Below are positions 33,929 through 43,118 of a DNA stretch of 64,000 nt, in pieces. This stretch comes from Verrucomicrobiaceae bacterium. GTDB taxonomy: Bacteria; Verrucomicrobiota; Verrucomicrobiia; Verrucomicrobiales; Verrucomicrobiaceae. The notes beneath the pieces are model-generated. The model worked only from the letters and a program-made list of their open reading frames with translations. It did no database searches and had not been told where the DNA came from. The stretch lies in NCBI GenBank assembly GCA_947466075.1, contig CANIBP010000007.1, forward strand, positions 9,272-73,271. The letters run 5' to 3'. Position 1 is the first letter of the stretch. Each line of letters starts with the position of its first letter. Position numbers and translations under genes: made by a program.

Positions 33929-36900
33929 ATGAAACACCTACTCGCACTCTTCCTTCTCTCAGCCGTCACAGCCCACAGTGCAGACACCGACACCAAAACC
34001 CTGCGCGTCTTCATCTTCGCAGGCCAGTCGAACATGGTGGGCACGCATTCCAAGGTTGTGGACATCCAGCGCTTCCCACCGTTTGCGGGTCTGGACAAGC
34101 CGCAGAAGAACGTGCTGTTTGCCTACAAGCTCGGTCGTGAGAAGATGGAAGCTTCCGATGGCTGGATCGATATGCAGCCGACTCGTGACTACTTCGGCCC
34201 GGAGCTGAGTTTTGCCAAAACGGTCTCGCAGAGGATCGAAGCACCCATCGCCATCATCAAGGTGGCCTCTGGCGGCACGACGTTGGGTGGCGATTGGAAT
34301 CCTGATGAACCCAGTGGCTTCAAGCTTTATCCGCTAGCGTTGGATTTCATTCGTTCATCGCTCGCCGATTTGGACCGAAAGAAGATCGCTTACCGCATCG
34401 AAGGCTTCATGTGGCATCAAGGCGAGAACGACATGTTCGATAAGGCGTTCAAACCTATCTACGGCAAGAACCTCAAGAATTTCCTCGCATGCTGGCGGCG
34501 TGATCTCAAGACGCCGAGCCTGAAGTTCTACATCGGCGAGATGTGCACCAAGACCATCTGGGGCATGGACAACCGCGACAACATGTATGCCATCCGCACT
34601 GGGCAGAAGGCCGTCACCGACACCGATCCGCTGGCGGAATACATTCCCACCTCGCATGATGGTGTCGAGATCGGTGGCGGTGCGGGATTGCACTATCACT
34701 ACGGAACCCTCGGCCAATTGGAGCACGGCGTGAACTATGCAGACGCCTACCTGCGCACGATCGGAAAGAAGCCAGCCACTGACCGCCTTCTCAAAGTTTG
34801 GCCGTATGCCAAGGGGAGTCCCGTAAAGCTTTTCATCCTCGCCGGACATCGCAACATGGAAGGCGAGCGCGCCTTCACTCAGGACCTCAAAGCCCTGAAA
34901 GGCCATGAGATGCTGGCAAACGACAACAACAAGATCGCTTTCAAATACAACCTCGGCGGCGGCTTCAAAACATCGAACGGCTGGGAGCCACTCGGTCCCG
35001 CTGGAGCCTACGACACCTTTGGTCCTGAACTCAGTTTTGGCCAAGTTCTGCAAAGCAAGGCCATCGGTAACATCGCCATTGCCAAGTTCACGCACAGCGG
35101 ATCACAGATGAACGATTGGACGCCGCAAGGCACGAGCGCGAAAGACCGAAACCTCTACGCGCCCTTCATCGCCTTCATCAAAGAATCCATCGCAGAACTC
35201 ACAGCCAAAGGTCATCAGGTGGAGCTAGCGGGCATCGTGTATCATGTCGGTGAGAACGACATGTCCTTTGGAGCCTATCGCCGAGACGCCGCCAAGTGGC
35301 TGCAATCCACCGTCACCCAAAGTCGTCAGGATTTGGCGATGCCGATGCTGAAATGGTTCGTCAGCCAGCAACCACCCACTGATGAAAAAGGCCTCAACAA
35401 CATCGACGTAACCGCAAACTTGGCCGCCATCGCCGCCGCTGATCCAGCCTTCATTCACATCAGAGCTTTCGATCTTCCGCCGGAGAAAGAGAAATTGGTC
35501 ATCACTACTGCGGGCATCGTTCAACTCGGTGAGTTGCTGGCTCAAAGTTACCTGCATGGACCTTCAGCACCGCCGAAGTCTGCTACAGTCCAATCCGCTG
35601 AAATCAAAGAAGGCGAGATGGCCGGCTATCTATTTGGACCCGCTGAGAAAGTGCCGGAGGAGTTCAATGGTGGCTTCTCGCTCTACGCCGCGGCCTGGCC
35701 ATTGGTGGGCACGTATCCAGGGCACAAGTTCCAAACCGGCCTCTGCGGCACTTGGATGCACCCTCAATGGGACGAAGCTCAGAAGCCGAAGGGCAAGCTC
35801 TACACAGACATCGAAGGCGGCCTTGGTTGGTGGCGCGACACGCATTTCCCGACCACGACGCCAAAGTTCATCATGGGCGGTGTGGGGCCAAATTTTTCCT
35901 TCATCGCGAATGGTCCTGGCTACGGCGCAGGCACTTGGGAAAAGCCGCGTGGGCAGTATGGCGTGGCGCAGTTGAGTCCGTGGCTGCTGTTTCCACTCGA
36001 CGGCCTCAATTTGAAGCAAGGCACCCAAGGCGAGCTCTTCGGCTACGGTTATCTACCACTGCCGCTGACGAATCCGAAGGCCACCACGGCGGGCAAGAAC
36101 GTGCCGACGGGCAATCATTGCTGGACGCTATTTCTGAACACCGCGAACTTCAAAGGCCCCGCAACCTTCTTCACGCCGTTTTTCTGGACGCAGGCCACCA
36201 TCGAACATCCCGAGTATGGCGGGTTTCTGCTCGACTCGCGTCCGGCAGGCCCGAACAAGGCGATTCAAATGGAGACGCAACACGTTCCGGCCATTTTAAC
36301 CAAGGACGCTGCGGGCAAAGATTTCGCGCGTGTCGCACCGACTGCATTCCCTGTGGGCGCGGATGGCACCTCCACCGTGCTGCATCGCCTCACCGCCTAC
36401 AAGAAAGCCGCGCTCTGGGATGACGTGCAAAAGTGGTTCGACGGCGGCGCTCCAACCGATGGCACAATCAAAGCCGATGCCTCTGCCGTGCATCATTTTC
36501 GCGAAGGCGGTGGATCGAACTGGAGCATCTATCCTCCGGGCACAAAACGTGAACAAAAAGTGCCGCTCGCTTGGAAATCCTTCGCCACCTCCTTCACACC
36601 AAACCCAATCACCTTCGGCTATAAATGGAACGATCAACTCACTCGCACCAGCGGTTCGCTCGTCATTCTGCCAGAATACTACGCGCTCGAAACTGACGGC
36701 AAAAAACCGCAGTGGACCGTGATGGAGCCGAAGGACGTGCCTACCGACTGTGGCCTCACGCAGCATCGTTTTGAAACACCAACGGAAAAGCCGCAGGAGC
36801 CACGCACGACACCTGATGATGCTGCAAGCTGCTGGAAGACACCCGGACCAAAGGCTGGCCCATTCAAAGCCAAGCTCGGCGATGGCAGCGTGGTGACCTA

Positions 36901-37144
36901 TTACTGGTATCGCTTCGCCGATCAGCCAGCGATGCTCAATGCGGACCTCACCCCCGAAGAACGTGAACTAGTGCAGCAGCGAGTCGAAAAACTGCATCGC
37001 ACATGGACCAAGGAGCGCAACTACCTTACTCCGCCCGATATCGGTACACTCGCCAGCATTGACCCTGCATTGATACTCACCCCACCAAAGGGCCTGGAGA
37101 TCGGCTATGTGCCGATCGCCACGCGTCAGGAGATCGTCCCATGA
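33929..37144 (+). CDS. protein with two N-terminal SASA-like domains (the second lacks the nucleophile Ser) and a ~560-aa C-terminal region of unknown function
   Basis: The start at MKHLLALFLLSAV lies 2 nt after the upstream stop; the track ORF start at 33752 is an upstream extension. RVFIFAGQSNMVG (GQSN at 34022-34033), WHQGEND, then KLFILAGHRNMEG (34841-34864) and HVGEND. Confidence 0.8.
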   Translation: MKHLLALFLLSAVTAHSADTDTKTLRVFIFAGQSNMVGTHSKVVDIQRFPPFAGLDKPQKNVLFAYKLGREKMEASDGWIDMQPTRDYFGPELSFAKTVSQRIEAPIAIIKVASGGTTLGGDWNPDEPSGFKLYPLALDFIRSSLADLDRKKIAYRIEGFMWHQGENDMFDKAFKPIYGKNLKNFLACWRRDLKTPSLKFYIGEMCTKTIWGMDNRDNMYAIRTGQKAVTDTDPLAEYIPTSHDGVEIGGGAGLHYHYGTLGQLEHGVNYADAYLRTIGKKPATDRLLKVWPYAKGSPVKLFILAGHRNMEGERAFTQDLKALKGHEMLANDNNKIAFKYNLGGGFKTSNGWEPLGPAGAYDTFGPELSFGQVLQSKAIGNIAIAKFTHSGSQMNDWTPQGTSAKDRNLYAPFIAFIKESIAELTAKGHQVELAGIVYHVGENDMSFGAYRRDAAKWLQSTVTQSRQDLAMPMLKWFVSQQPPTDEKGLNNIDVTANLAAIAAADPAFIHIRAFDLPPEKEKLVITTAGIVQLGELLAQSYLHGPSAPPKSATVQSAEIKEGEMAGYLFGPAEKVPEEFNGGFSLYAAAWPLVGTYPGHKFQTGLCGTWMHPQWDEAQKPKGKLYTDIEGGLGWWRDTHFPTTTPKFIMGGVGPNFSFIANGPGYGAGTWEKPRGQYGVAQLSPWLLFPLDGLNLKQGTQGELFGYGYLPLPLTNPKATTAGKNVPTGNHCWTLFLNTANFKGPATFFTPFFWTQATIEHPEYGGFLLDSRPAGPNKAIQMETQHVPAILTKDAAGKDFARVAPTAFPVGADGTSTVLHRLTAYKKAALWDDVQKWFDGGAPTDGTIKADASAVHHFREGGGSNWSIYPPGTKREQKVPLAWKSFATSFTPNPITFGYKWNDQLTRTSGSLVILPEYYALETDGKKPQWTVMEPKDVPTDCGLTQHRFETPTEKPQEPRTTPDDAASCWKTPGPKAGPFKAKLGDGSVVTYYWYRFADQPAMLNADLTPEERELVQQRVEKLHRTWTKERNYLTPPDIGTLASIDPALILTPPKGLEIGYVPIATRQEIVP

Positions 37145-38706
37145 AGGCCTTCGTTTTCCTGTTTTTTGCGTCACTTGCCGCACTGCATGCCGACACCAAA
37201 GTAGTTTCGGTTTTAGGCGAATTGAATGCGGCTAAAGCCGCAGCCACTCTGCCCAACATCGTCCTCATCCTAGCCGATGATCTGGGTTACGGCGATGTGC
37301 GTTGCTACAGCGACCAATCAAAGGTCCCCACGCCTAACATCGACCGTCTCGCGGCTGAAGGCTTGCGTTTCACCGATGCTCATAGTCCGGCCACCGTTTG
37401 CACGCCATCGCGCTACAGCCTCATGACGGGCCAGATGGCTTTTCGGGTACCGAATGGCGGCACGGTGTTTCAAGGTGCAGGCGGACCGTCTTTGATCGCG
37501 CCAAGCCGCCTGACTTTGCCCGCGATGCTGAAGAAACAAGGCTACGCCACCGCCGCAGTCGGCAAATGGCATGTGGGACTGACCCTTCGTGACAAAGCAG
37601 GCGAGCCAATTCACAGCGGCAAACTAGAGGACGTGCTGCGCATTGATTACTCACGCCGGATCGAAGGCGGACCATTGGATCACGGCTTTGACCGCTTCTT
37701 CGGCACTGCCTGCTGTCCTGGGACCGACTGGATTTATGCCTTCATCGACGGTGATCGCATTCCGGTGCCGCCAACAGGCCCCATCGACAAATCAAAGCTG
37801 CCCAAGCACCCGTATGCGAATGATTGCCGTGCAGGCTTCATCGCACCGAACTTCCCGATTGAAGAAGTGGACATGATCTTCCTCAAGAAGAGCCGCGAGT
37901 TCATCGAGCAACATCGGCGCACTTCACCGGACCAGCCCTTCTTCCTCTACCACGCCACTCACGCCGTGCATTTGCCTTCCTTCGCCGCTCCTGAGTTCAA
38001 AAACAAAACACAGGCCGGCCCGCATGGCGACTTCATCCATGAGTTCGATCACATCGTTGGCGCATTGATGGACGACCTCAAACGACTCGGCATCGCGAAC
38101 AACACGCTCGTTCTTTTATCCAGTGATAATGGCCCAGAGACCGCCAGCGTCGTCCACATGCGCGCAGATCATCATCACGACGGAGCCAGACCCTGGCGCG
38201 GCGTGAAGCGCGACTCTTGGGAAGGCGGACACCGCGTACCGTTCATCATCCGCTGGCCTGGCAAAGTAAAACCCGGCACCACCAGTGCGCAGCTCACTAG
38301 CCTCACCGACGTGATGGCCACCGTCGCGGCGATCACCGGCGCTGAACTGCCGCAAGATGCCGCTGAAGACAGCTTCAACATGCTTCCCGCTTGGCTCAGT
38401 GAGGACAAAGCTCCGATTCGCCCTTATCTGCTCGAGCAAGCCTTCGCTGGTCAACGCACACTCTCAATTCGTCGCGGCCCATGGAAATACCTCGACCACA
38501 CCGGCTCCGGCGGAAACAACTACGACAAAGGTGAGCTCAAACCCTTTGCTCTGACCGATACAGCGCCAGATGCACCGGGTCAGCTCTACAACCTCGAAAC
38601 CGATCCCGGTGAAACGACGAATCTCTATTTCGAACGCTCTGAGATCGTGACCGAACTGAAAGCATTGCTCAAAAAATCAAAGGCCGAAGGCCGAAGCACA
38701 CCCTGA
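37141..38706 (+). CDS. arylsulfatase-family sulfatase (Cys-type)
   Basis: ATGA overlap with the upstream gene. Signal peptide. LILADDLGYGD and the VCTPSRYSLMTG formylglycine motif. SSDNGPE. Confidence 0.9.
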   Translation: MKAFVFLFFASLAALHADTKVVSVLGELNAAKAAATLPNIVLILADDLGYGDVRCYSDQSKVPTPNIDRLAAEGLRFTDAHSPATVCTPSRYSLMTGQMAFRVPNGGTVFQGAGGPSLIAPSRLTLPAMLKKQGYATAAVGKWHVGLTLRDKAGEPIHSGKLEDVLRIDYSRRIEGGPLDHGFDRFFGTACCPGTDWIYAFIDGDRIPVPPTGPIDKSKLPKHPYANDCRAGFIAPNFPIEEVDMIFLKKSREFIEQHRRTSPDQPFFLYHATHAVHLPSFAAPEFKNKTQAGPHGDFIHEFDHIVGALMDDLKRLGIANNTLVLLSSDNGPETASVVHMRADHHHDGARPWRGVKRDSWEGGHRVPFIIRWPGKVKPGTTSAQLTSLTDVMATVAAITGAELPQDAAEDSFNMLPAWLSEDKAPIRPYLLEQAFAGQRTLSIRRGPWKYLDHTGSGGNNYDKGELKPFALTDTAPDAPGQLYNLETDPGETTNLYFERSEIVTELKALLKKSKAEGRSTP

Positions 38707-38711
38707 CCACC

Positions 38712-40256
38712 ATGACACCCGTTTCCATTTTCAATGACGTCATCGGCCCCGTGATGCGCGGCCCATCGAGTTCGCATTGTGCAGCAGCCTTACGCATCGG
38801 GCGACTGGCGCGTGACTTGATGGATGGCGAAATCACTGAGTTGCTCGTCGAATTTGATCGTGAAGGCTCGCTGCCATTGACCCATGAGAGTCAGGGCTCA
38901 GACATGGGCCTGTTCGGTGGCCTTCTAGGTTGGGACGCCGATGACGAACGACTTCCAGACTCGGCAAAGGCGCTCGCAGATGCCGGAATCAAGCTGCGCA
39001 TCGAAACCATCGATGTCGGCGATCCGCACCCAAATACGTATCGCCTCACACTGCGCAACAATCGTGAATCGCACTCACTCGTCGCCATCTCCACCGGCGG
39101 CGGCATGATGGAGGTGCTGAGCATTAATGGCGTGACGATGCACATGGATGGCGGTTACCACGAAACGCTCATTTGGCTTCCAAAAGGCCCTGTGAGTGAC
39201 TTTAAGGCCGATGAAGTCATCCTTCACGACGCGGGCGAGTTTCAGATCGTGCAGGTCAAGGCGGCGTTTTTTGCATCAACTGCTGGATTGCAGGCCAATT
39301 CAGTCAAAAAGCTGTCTCCAGTGCTTCCGGTGCCATCGCGCAAAGACATGCGCGTGCCCTTCACGAGCTGCGCAGACATGCTGAAACACGATGGCGGCCA
39401 AAACACGCCGATCTGGCAACTCGCTATCGAGTACGAGCGTGCTCGCGGCAATTTCACCGAGCGTGAAGTCATCGATAAGATGGTCGCCATCGTGCGCATC
39501 CTACGCAAATCCATCGCCAGCGGCATTGCGGGCACGAGTTATGAAGATCGCGTGTTGCATCATCAAAGCGGACGCTTTGCGGAGATGCTGAAAGCAGGCC
39601 GTCTTCTCGATGGCGGTGCCTTGAACCGCATCGTTCTCTACATCACTGCACTCATGGAAGTAAAAAGCAGCATGGGCGTAATCGTTGCAGCACCGACCGC
39701 AGGTGCGTGCGCGGCGCTGCCAGGAGCAGTCATTGGTATGGCAGAGGCGATGAATCAAAATGAAGAAGCGATGGCTAAAGCCATGCTCGCGGCAGGTTTG
39801 ATCGGTGTCTTCATCGCCACGCGCTGGACCTTCGCCGCTGAGGTCGGCGGCTGTCAGGCCGAGGGAGGCTCCGCAGCCAGCATGGCAGCAGCAGCACTCA
39901 TTACTCTGGCCGGTGGATCACGCGATCAAGCCATCGCAGCGGCCTCCATGGCCTTTCAGAGCATGCTCGGCCTCATTTGCGATCCCATCGCAAATCGCGT
40001 CGAAGCACCATGCCTCGGCAAGAACGTCATGGCTGCGAGTAACGCTCTCTCCTGCGCAAATATGGCCCTCGCTGGATTCGATCCGCTCATCCCGCTCGAT
40101 GAAGTCATCGACGCCGCGAAACATGTCTCCACCATGATGCCCCGTGAGCACCGCTGCACCTCACTTGGTGGTTTAGCGATCACGCCGACCTCGCTGGAGA
40201 TCGAACGGAAGCTCGCGACGCTGAAGAGCAAGGGTTGCGGCAGTTGTCATTGTTGA
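38712..40256 (+). CDS. iron-sulfur L-serine dehydratase-family protein (single chain, beta+alpha domains)
   Basis: N-terminal SIFNDVIGPVMRGPSSSH. Alpha-domain blocks AAPTAGACAALPGAV, GGCQAEGGSAASMAAA, GLICDPIANRVEAPC and TSLGGLA, collinear with E. coli SdaA as I remember it. The protein ends in ...CGSCHC. Confidence 0.8.
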   Translation: MTPVSIFNDVIGPVMRGPSSSHCAAALRIGRLARDLMDGEITELLVEFDREGSLPLTHESQGSDMGLFGGLLGWDADDERLPDSAKALADAGIKLRIETIDVGDPHPNTYRLTLRNNRESHSLVAISTGGGMMEVLSINGVTMHMDGGYHETLIWLPKGPVSDFKADEVILHDAGEFQIVQVKAAFFASTAGLQANSVKKLSPVLPVPSRKDMRVPFTSCADMLKHDGGQNTPIWQLAIEYERARGNFTEREVIDKMVAIVRILRKSIASGIAGTSYEDRVLHHQSGRFAEMLKAGRLLDGGALNRIVLYITALMEVKSSMGVIVAAPTAGACAALPGAVIGMAEAMNQNEEAMAKAMLAAGLIGVFIATRWTFAAEVGGCQAEGGSAASMAAAALITLAGGSRDQAIAAASMAFQSMLGLICDPIANRVEAPCLGKNVMAASNALSCANMALAGFDPLIPLDEVIDAAKHVSTMMPREHRCTSLGGLAITPTSLEIERKLATLKSKGCGSCHC

Positions 40257-40258
40257 TC

Positions 40259-41680
40259 ATGATTCGACTCATCACTCTAATTGCGCTTCTTGGCGGCACT
40301 TCACTTGCCGCACCGAAGCCCAACGTCCTCTTCATCGGCCTTGATGATCTCAATGACTGGATCGGTTGTCTCGGTGGGCATCCGCAGACGAAGACGCCAA
40401 ACATCGACAAGCTTGCGGCTAGCGGCGTGTTGTTTCGCAATGCTTACACCGCAGCGGCTTCGTGCAATTCATCGCGCACGGCCATTTTCAGTGGGCTTTT
40501 GCCGCATCGCTCGGGGCTTTACTCGAACCGGCAAAAGATGCGCGAGGTGTTGCCGGATGCGGAGTTGTTGCCGCGATACTTTTCGCGCAACGGCTACTGG
40601 AGCGCAGGATCGGGGAAGATGCTGCACTACGTCATCGATCCGCAGTCGTGGGATGATTACTTTCCGGACAAGGCCAAGGACGATCCATTTCCGCGCACGT
40701 TCTATCCCAAGAAGCGACCCGTGAATCTGCCGCGTGCCGGTGAGTGGCAGTATGATGAAACGGACTGGGCCGCACTCGATGTGACCGATGAAGAGTTCGG
40801 CGGCGACTGGCTCGTGACGAAGTGGATCGGCGAGCAAATTCAGATCAAGCGCGACAAGCCCTTCTTCCTTGCCTGTGGATTGTATCGGCCGCACGAGCCG
40901 TGGTTTGTGCCGAAGAAGTATTTCGAACCGTTTCCACTAGAGAGCATCCAGCCCGGCCCCGGCTTCAAGGCCGATGACGTGAACGATTTACCACCTTCGG
41001 GACTGAAGCTCGCGCGCAATCGCTACTTCGAGCACATCCAAAAGCAGGGCCAATGGAAGCAAGGCATTCAAAGCTACCTCGCCTCCATTCATTTCGCCGA
41101 TGCGATGGTCGGTCGCGTGATGGAAGCGCTCGAGAAGAGTCCGCAGCGCGACAACACCATCGTCGTGCTATGGAGCGATCACGGCTGGCATCTCGGCGAG
41201 AAGGAGCATTGGCAGAAGTTTACCGGCTGGCGCGTCTGCGACCGCGTGCCGCTCATCATTCGCGTGCCGAAGGGCGTCACTGGCTTGCCGGAAGGCGCTC
41301 ACGCTGGCTCCGTGTGTGATCGCGACGTGAGCCTCGTCGATCTATTCCGCACGCTCACCGACTTATGCGACGTGCCCGACAAACCCGGCATCATGGGCCA
41401 CAGCCTTGTCCCGCTGCTACGCGATCCAAACACAGCGTGGCCCCACTTCGCGATCACCCATCTCGATTTACCCGAGAGCTACTCCATCAGCACTGAGCGC
41501 TGGCGCTACATCCATTACAAAGGCGGCGACGAGGAACTCTACGACATCGAGAGCGATCCGCATGAGTGGATTAATCTCGCGCCCAAATCCGAGCACGCTG
41601 CCAAACTCGCCGAGATGCGCGATCTTGCCCCGAAGGACATCACGCCAATGCCTGCCGCGAAAGATGTGCGCAAGAATTGA
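40259..41680 (+). CDS. sulfatase-family protein with non-canonical C-N-S-S-R active-site motif
   Basis: The start at MIRLITLIALLGG lies 2 nt after the upstream stop. NVLFIGLDDLNDW, AAASCNSSRTAIFSG (40463-40477) and WSDHGWHLGEK. Confidence 0.85.
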   Translation: MIRLITLIALLGGTSLAAPKPNVLFIGLDDLNDWIGCLGGHPQTKTPNIDKLAASGVLFRNAYTAAASCNSSRTAIFSGLLPHRSGLYSNRQKMREVLPDAELLPRYFSRNGYWSAGSGKMLHYVIDPQSWDDYFPDKAKDDPFPRTFYPKKRPVNLPRAGEWQYDETDWAALDVTDEEFGGDWLVTKWIGEQIQIKRDKPFFLACGLYRPHEPWFVPKKYFEPFPLESIQPGPGFKADDVNDLPPSGLKLARNRYFEHIQKQGQWKQGIQSYLASIHFADAMVGRVMEALEKSPQRDNTIVVLWSDHGWHLGEKEHWQKFTGWRVCDRVPLIIRVPKGVTGLPEGAHAGSVCDRDVSLVDLFRTLTDLCDVPDKPGIMGHSLVPLLRDPNTAWPHFAITHLDLPESYSISTERWRYIHYKGGDEELYDIESDPHEWINLAPKSEHAAKLAEMRDLAPKDITPMPAAKDVRKN

Positions 41681-41707
41681 AAAAGGTCACGTTACCCAAT
41701 TCTCTTC

Positions 41708-43096
41708 ATGAAATCTCTCCTCGCTTTGATCGTCGTTCAATTTTTTTGCATGGTAACCTCAGGAGCTTCGAGCGAGCATCCCAACATCATCTTCGTTCTC
41801 TTCGATGATCTGGGTTACGGCCAGCCACAGAGCTACAATCCGACGTCAGCTTTGCGCACGCCGAATCTCGACAAGCTAGCGACGCAAGGGATGCGCTTCA
41901 CGGATGCGCACACGGCTGCGGCCGTCTGCACGCCGACGCGCTATGGTGTGCTCACGGGGCGCTACCCTTCGCGTCTCGGGCAGTTCGGTGTGCTCACCAC
42001 GTTTTCGAAGCCGATCATTCCGCCAACTCGCATCTCGGTGGCGTCATTGCTCAAGCTGCACGGCTACACGACCGCTTGCATCGGCAAGTGGCATCTCGGC
42101 ATGGATTGGGTGGAAGGAAAGCCGGGTAGCGAAAAGGAAGTGCCCATCGGTGCGAAGATGACCGGTGGCCCGAACGCGCTCGGCTTCGATTACTTCTTCG
42201 GCTTCACCCACGCGCGCAACATCGGCACCATTGTCGAGCAGGATCATGTTCTTGCTCATGTGCAGCCAGTGGAAAATCAGCCGATGATGGCGAAGAAGGC
42301 GGTGGAGTGGCTCGATCAACGAAAGGCAGGCGAACCATTCTTCCTCTACTACCCGCTCGGCATCCCGCATGAGCCGATTGTGCCCTCGGACGAGTTTATC
42401 GGGAAGAGCGGCGCAGAAGATGTGGTGAAGAAGGATCCCAAATACGGCGACTGGCTTTACGAAGGCGATGCCTTTCTCGGTAAGATCTTGGAAGCACTGG
42501 AGCGCAATCATTTGGCCGAAAACACGCTCATCATCGCCACCAGTGACAATGGCGCTGAACACCGCGCCTATGCGCCGCTGCGCGAATCCAAACGGAGCAT
42601 CTACGAAGGCGGGCATCGCGTGCCGTTCATCGTCCGCTGGCCCGGCAAAGTGAAGTCCGGCTCGGTGAATGACCACACCGTCTGCCTCAACGACCTCATG
42701 GCGACCGCCGCTGAAATCACCGGCGCGAAGATTCCAGACAATGCCGGTGAGGACAGCGTGAGCTTGCTCCCCGAGTTGCTCGGCACCTCGAAGGACGGCA
42801 CGCGGGAAGCCACCGTTCATCAGTCCGCCGCCGGCGATCTCGCGATCCGTCAGGGCCCGTGGAAGATGATTTTCCACAAGGGCGGCCAGCGCGAACTCTA
42901 CAACCTGCAAGCCGACTTGAGTGAAACGAAGGATGTCCTCGCGGCGAACGCGGAGGTCGCCGAGAAAATGACGACGCTCATGCAAGGCTACATCGACAAC
43001 GGCCGCAGCACCGCAGGCCCGGCGCAGAAGAACGACTTCGATCTCTCAATCAGTGGCGAAGGCGAACAACCGGCTAAACCGAAGAAGAATCGATAA
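41708..43096 (+). CDS. arylsulfatase-family sulfatase (Cys-type)
   Basis: Signal peptide. IIFVLFDDLGYG, VCTPTRYGVLTGRYPSR and TSDNGAE. Confidence 0.9.
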   Translation: MKSLLALIVVQFFCMVTSGASSEHPNIIFVLFDDLGYGQPQSYNPTSALRTPNLDKLATQGMRFTDAHTAAAVCTPTRYGVLTGRYPSRLGQFGVLTTFSKPIIPPTRISVASLLKLHGYTTACIGKWHLGMDWVEGKPGSEKEVPIGAKMTGGPNALGFDYFFGFTHARNIGTIVEQDHVLAHVQPVENQPMMAKKAVEWLDQRKAGEPFFLYYPLGIPHEPIVPSDEFIGKSGAEDVVKKDPKYGDWLYEGDAFLGKILEALERNHLAENTLIIATSDNGAEHRAYAPLRESKRSIYEGGHRVPFIVRWPGKVKSGSVNDHTVCLNDLMATAAEITGAKIPDNAGEDSVSLLPELLGTSKDGTREATVHQSAAGDLAIRQGPWKMIFHKGGQRELYNLQADLSETKDVLAANAEVAEKMTTLMQGYIDNGRSTAGPAQKNDFDLSISGEGEQPAKPKKNR

Positions 43097-43118
43097 AACG
43101 AACAAGAAAAAACCATCC

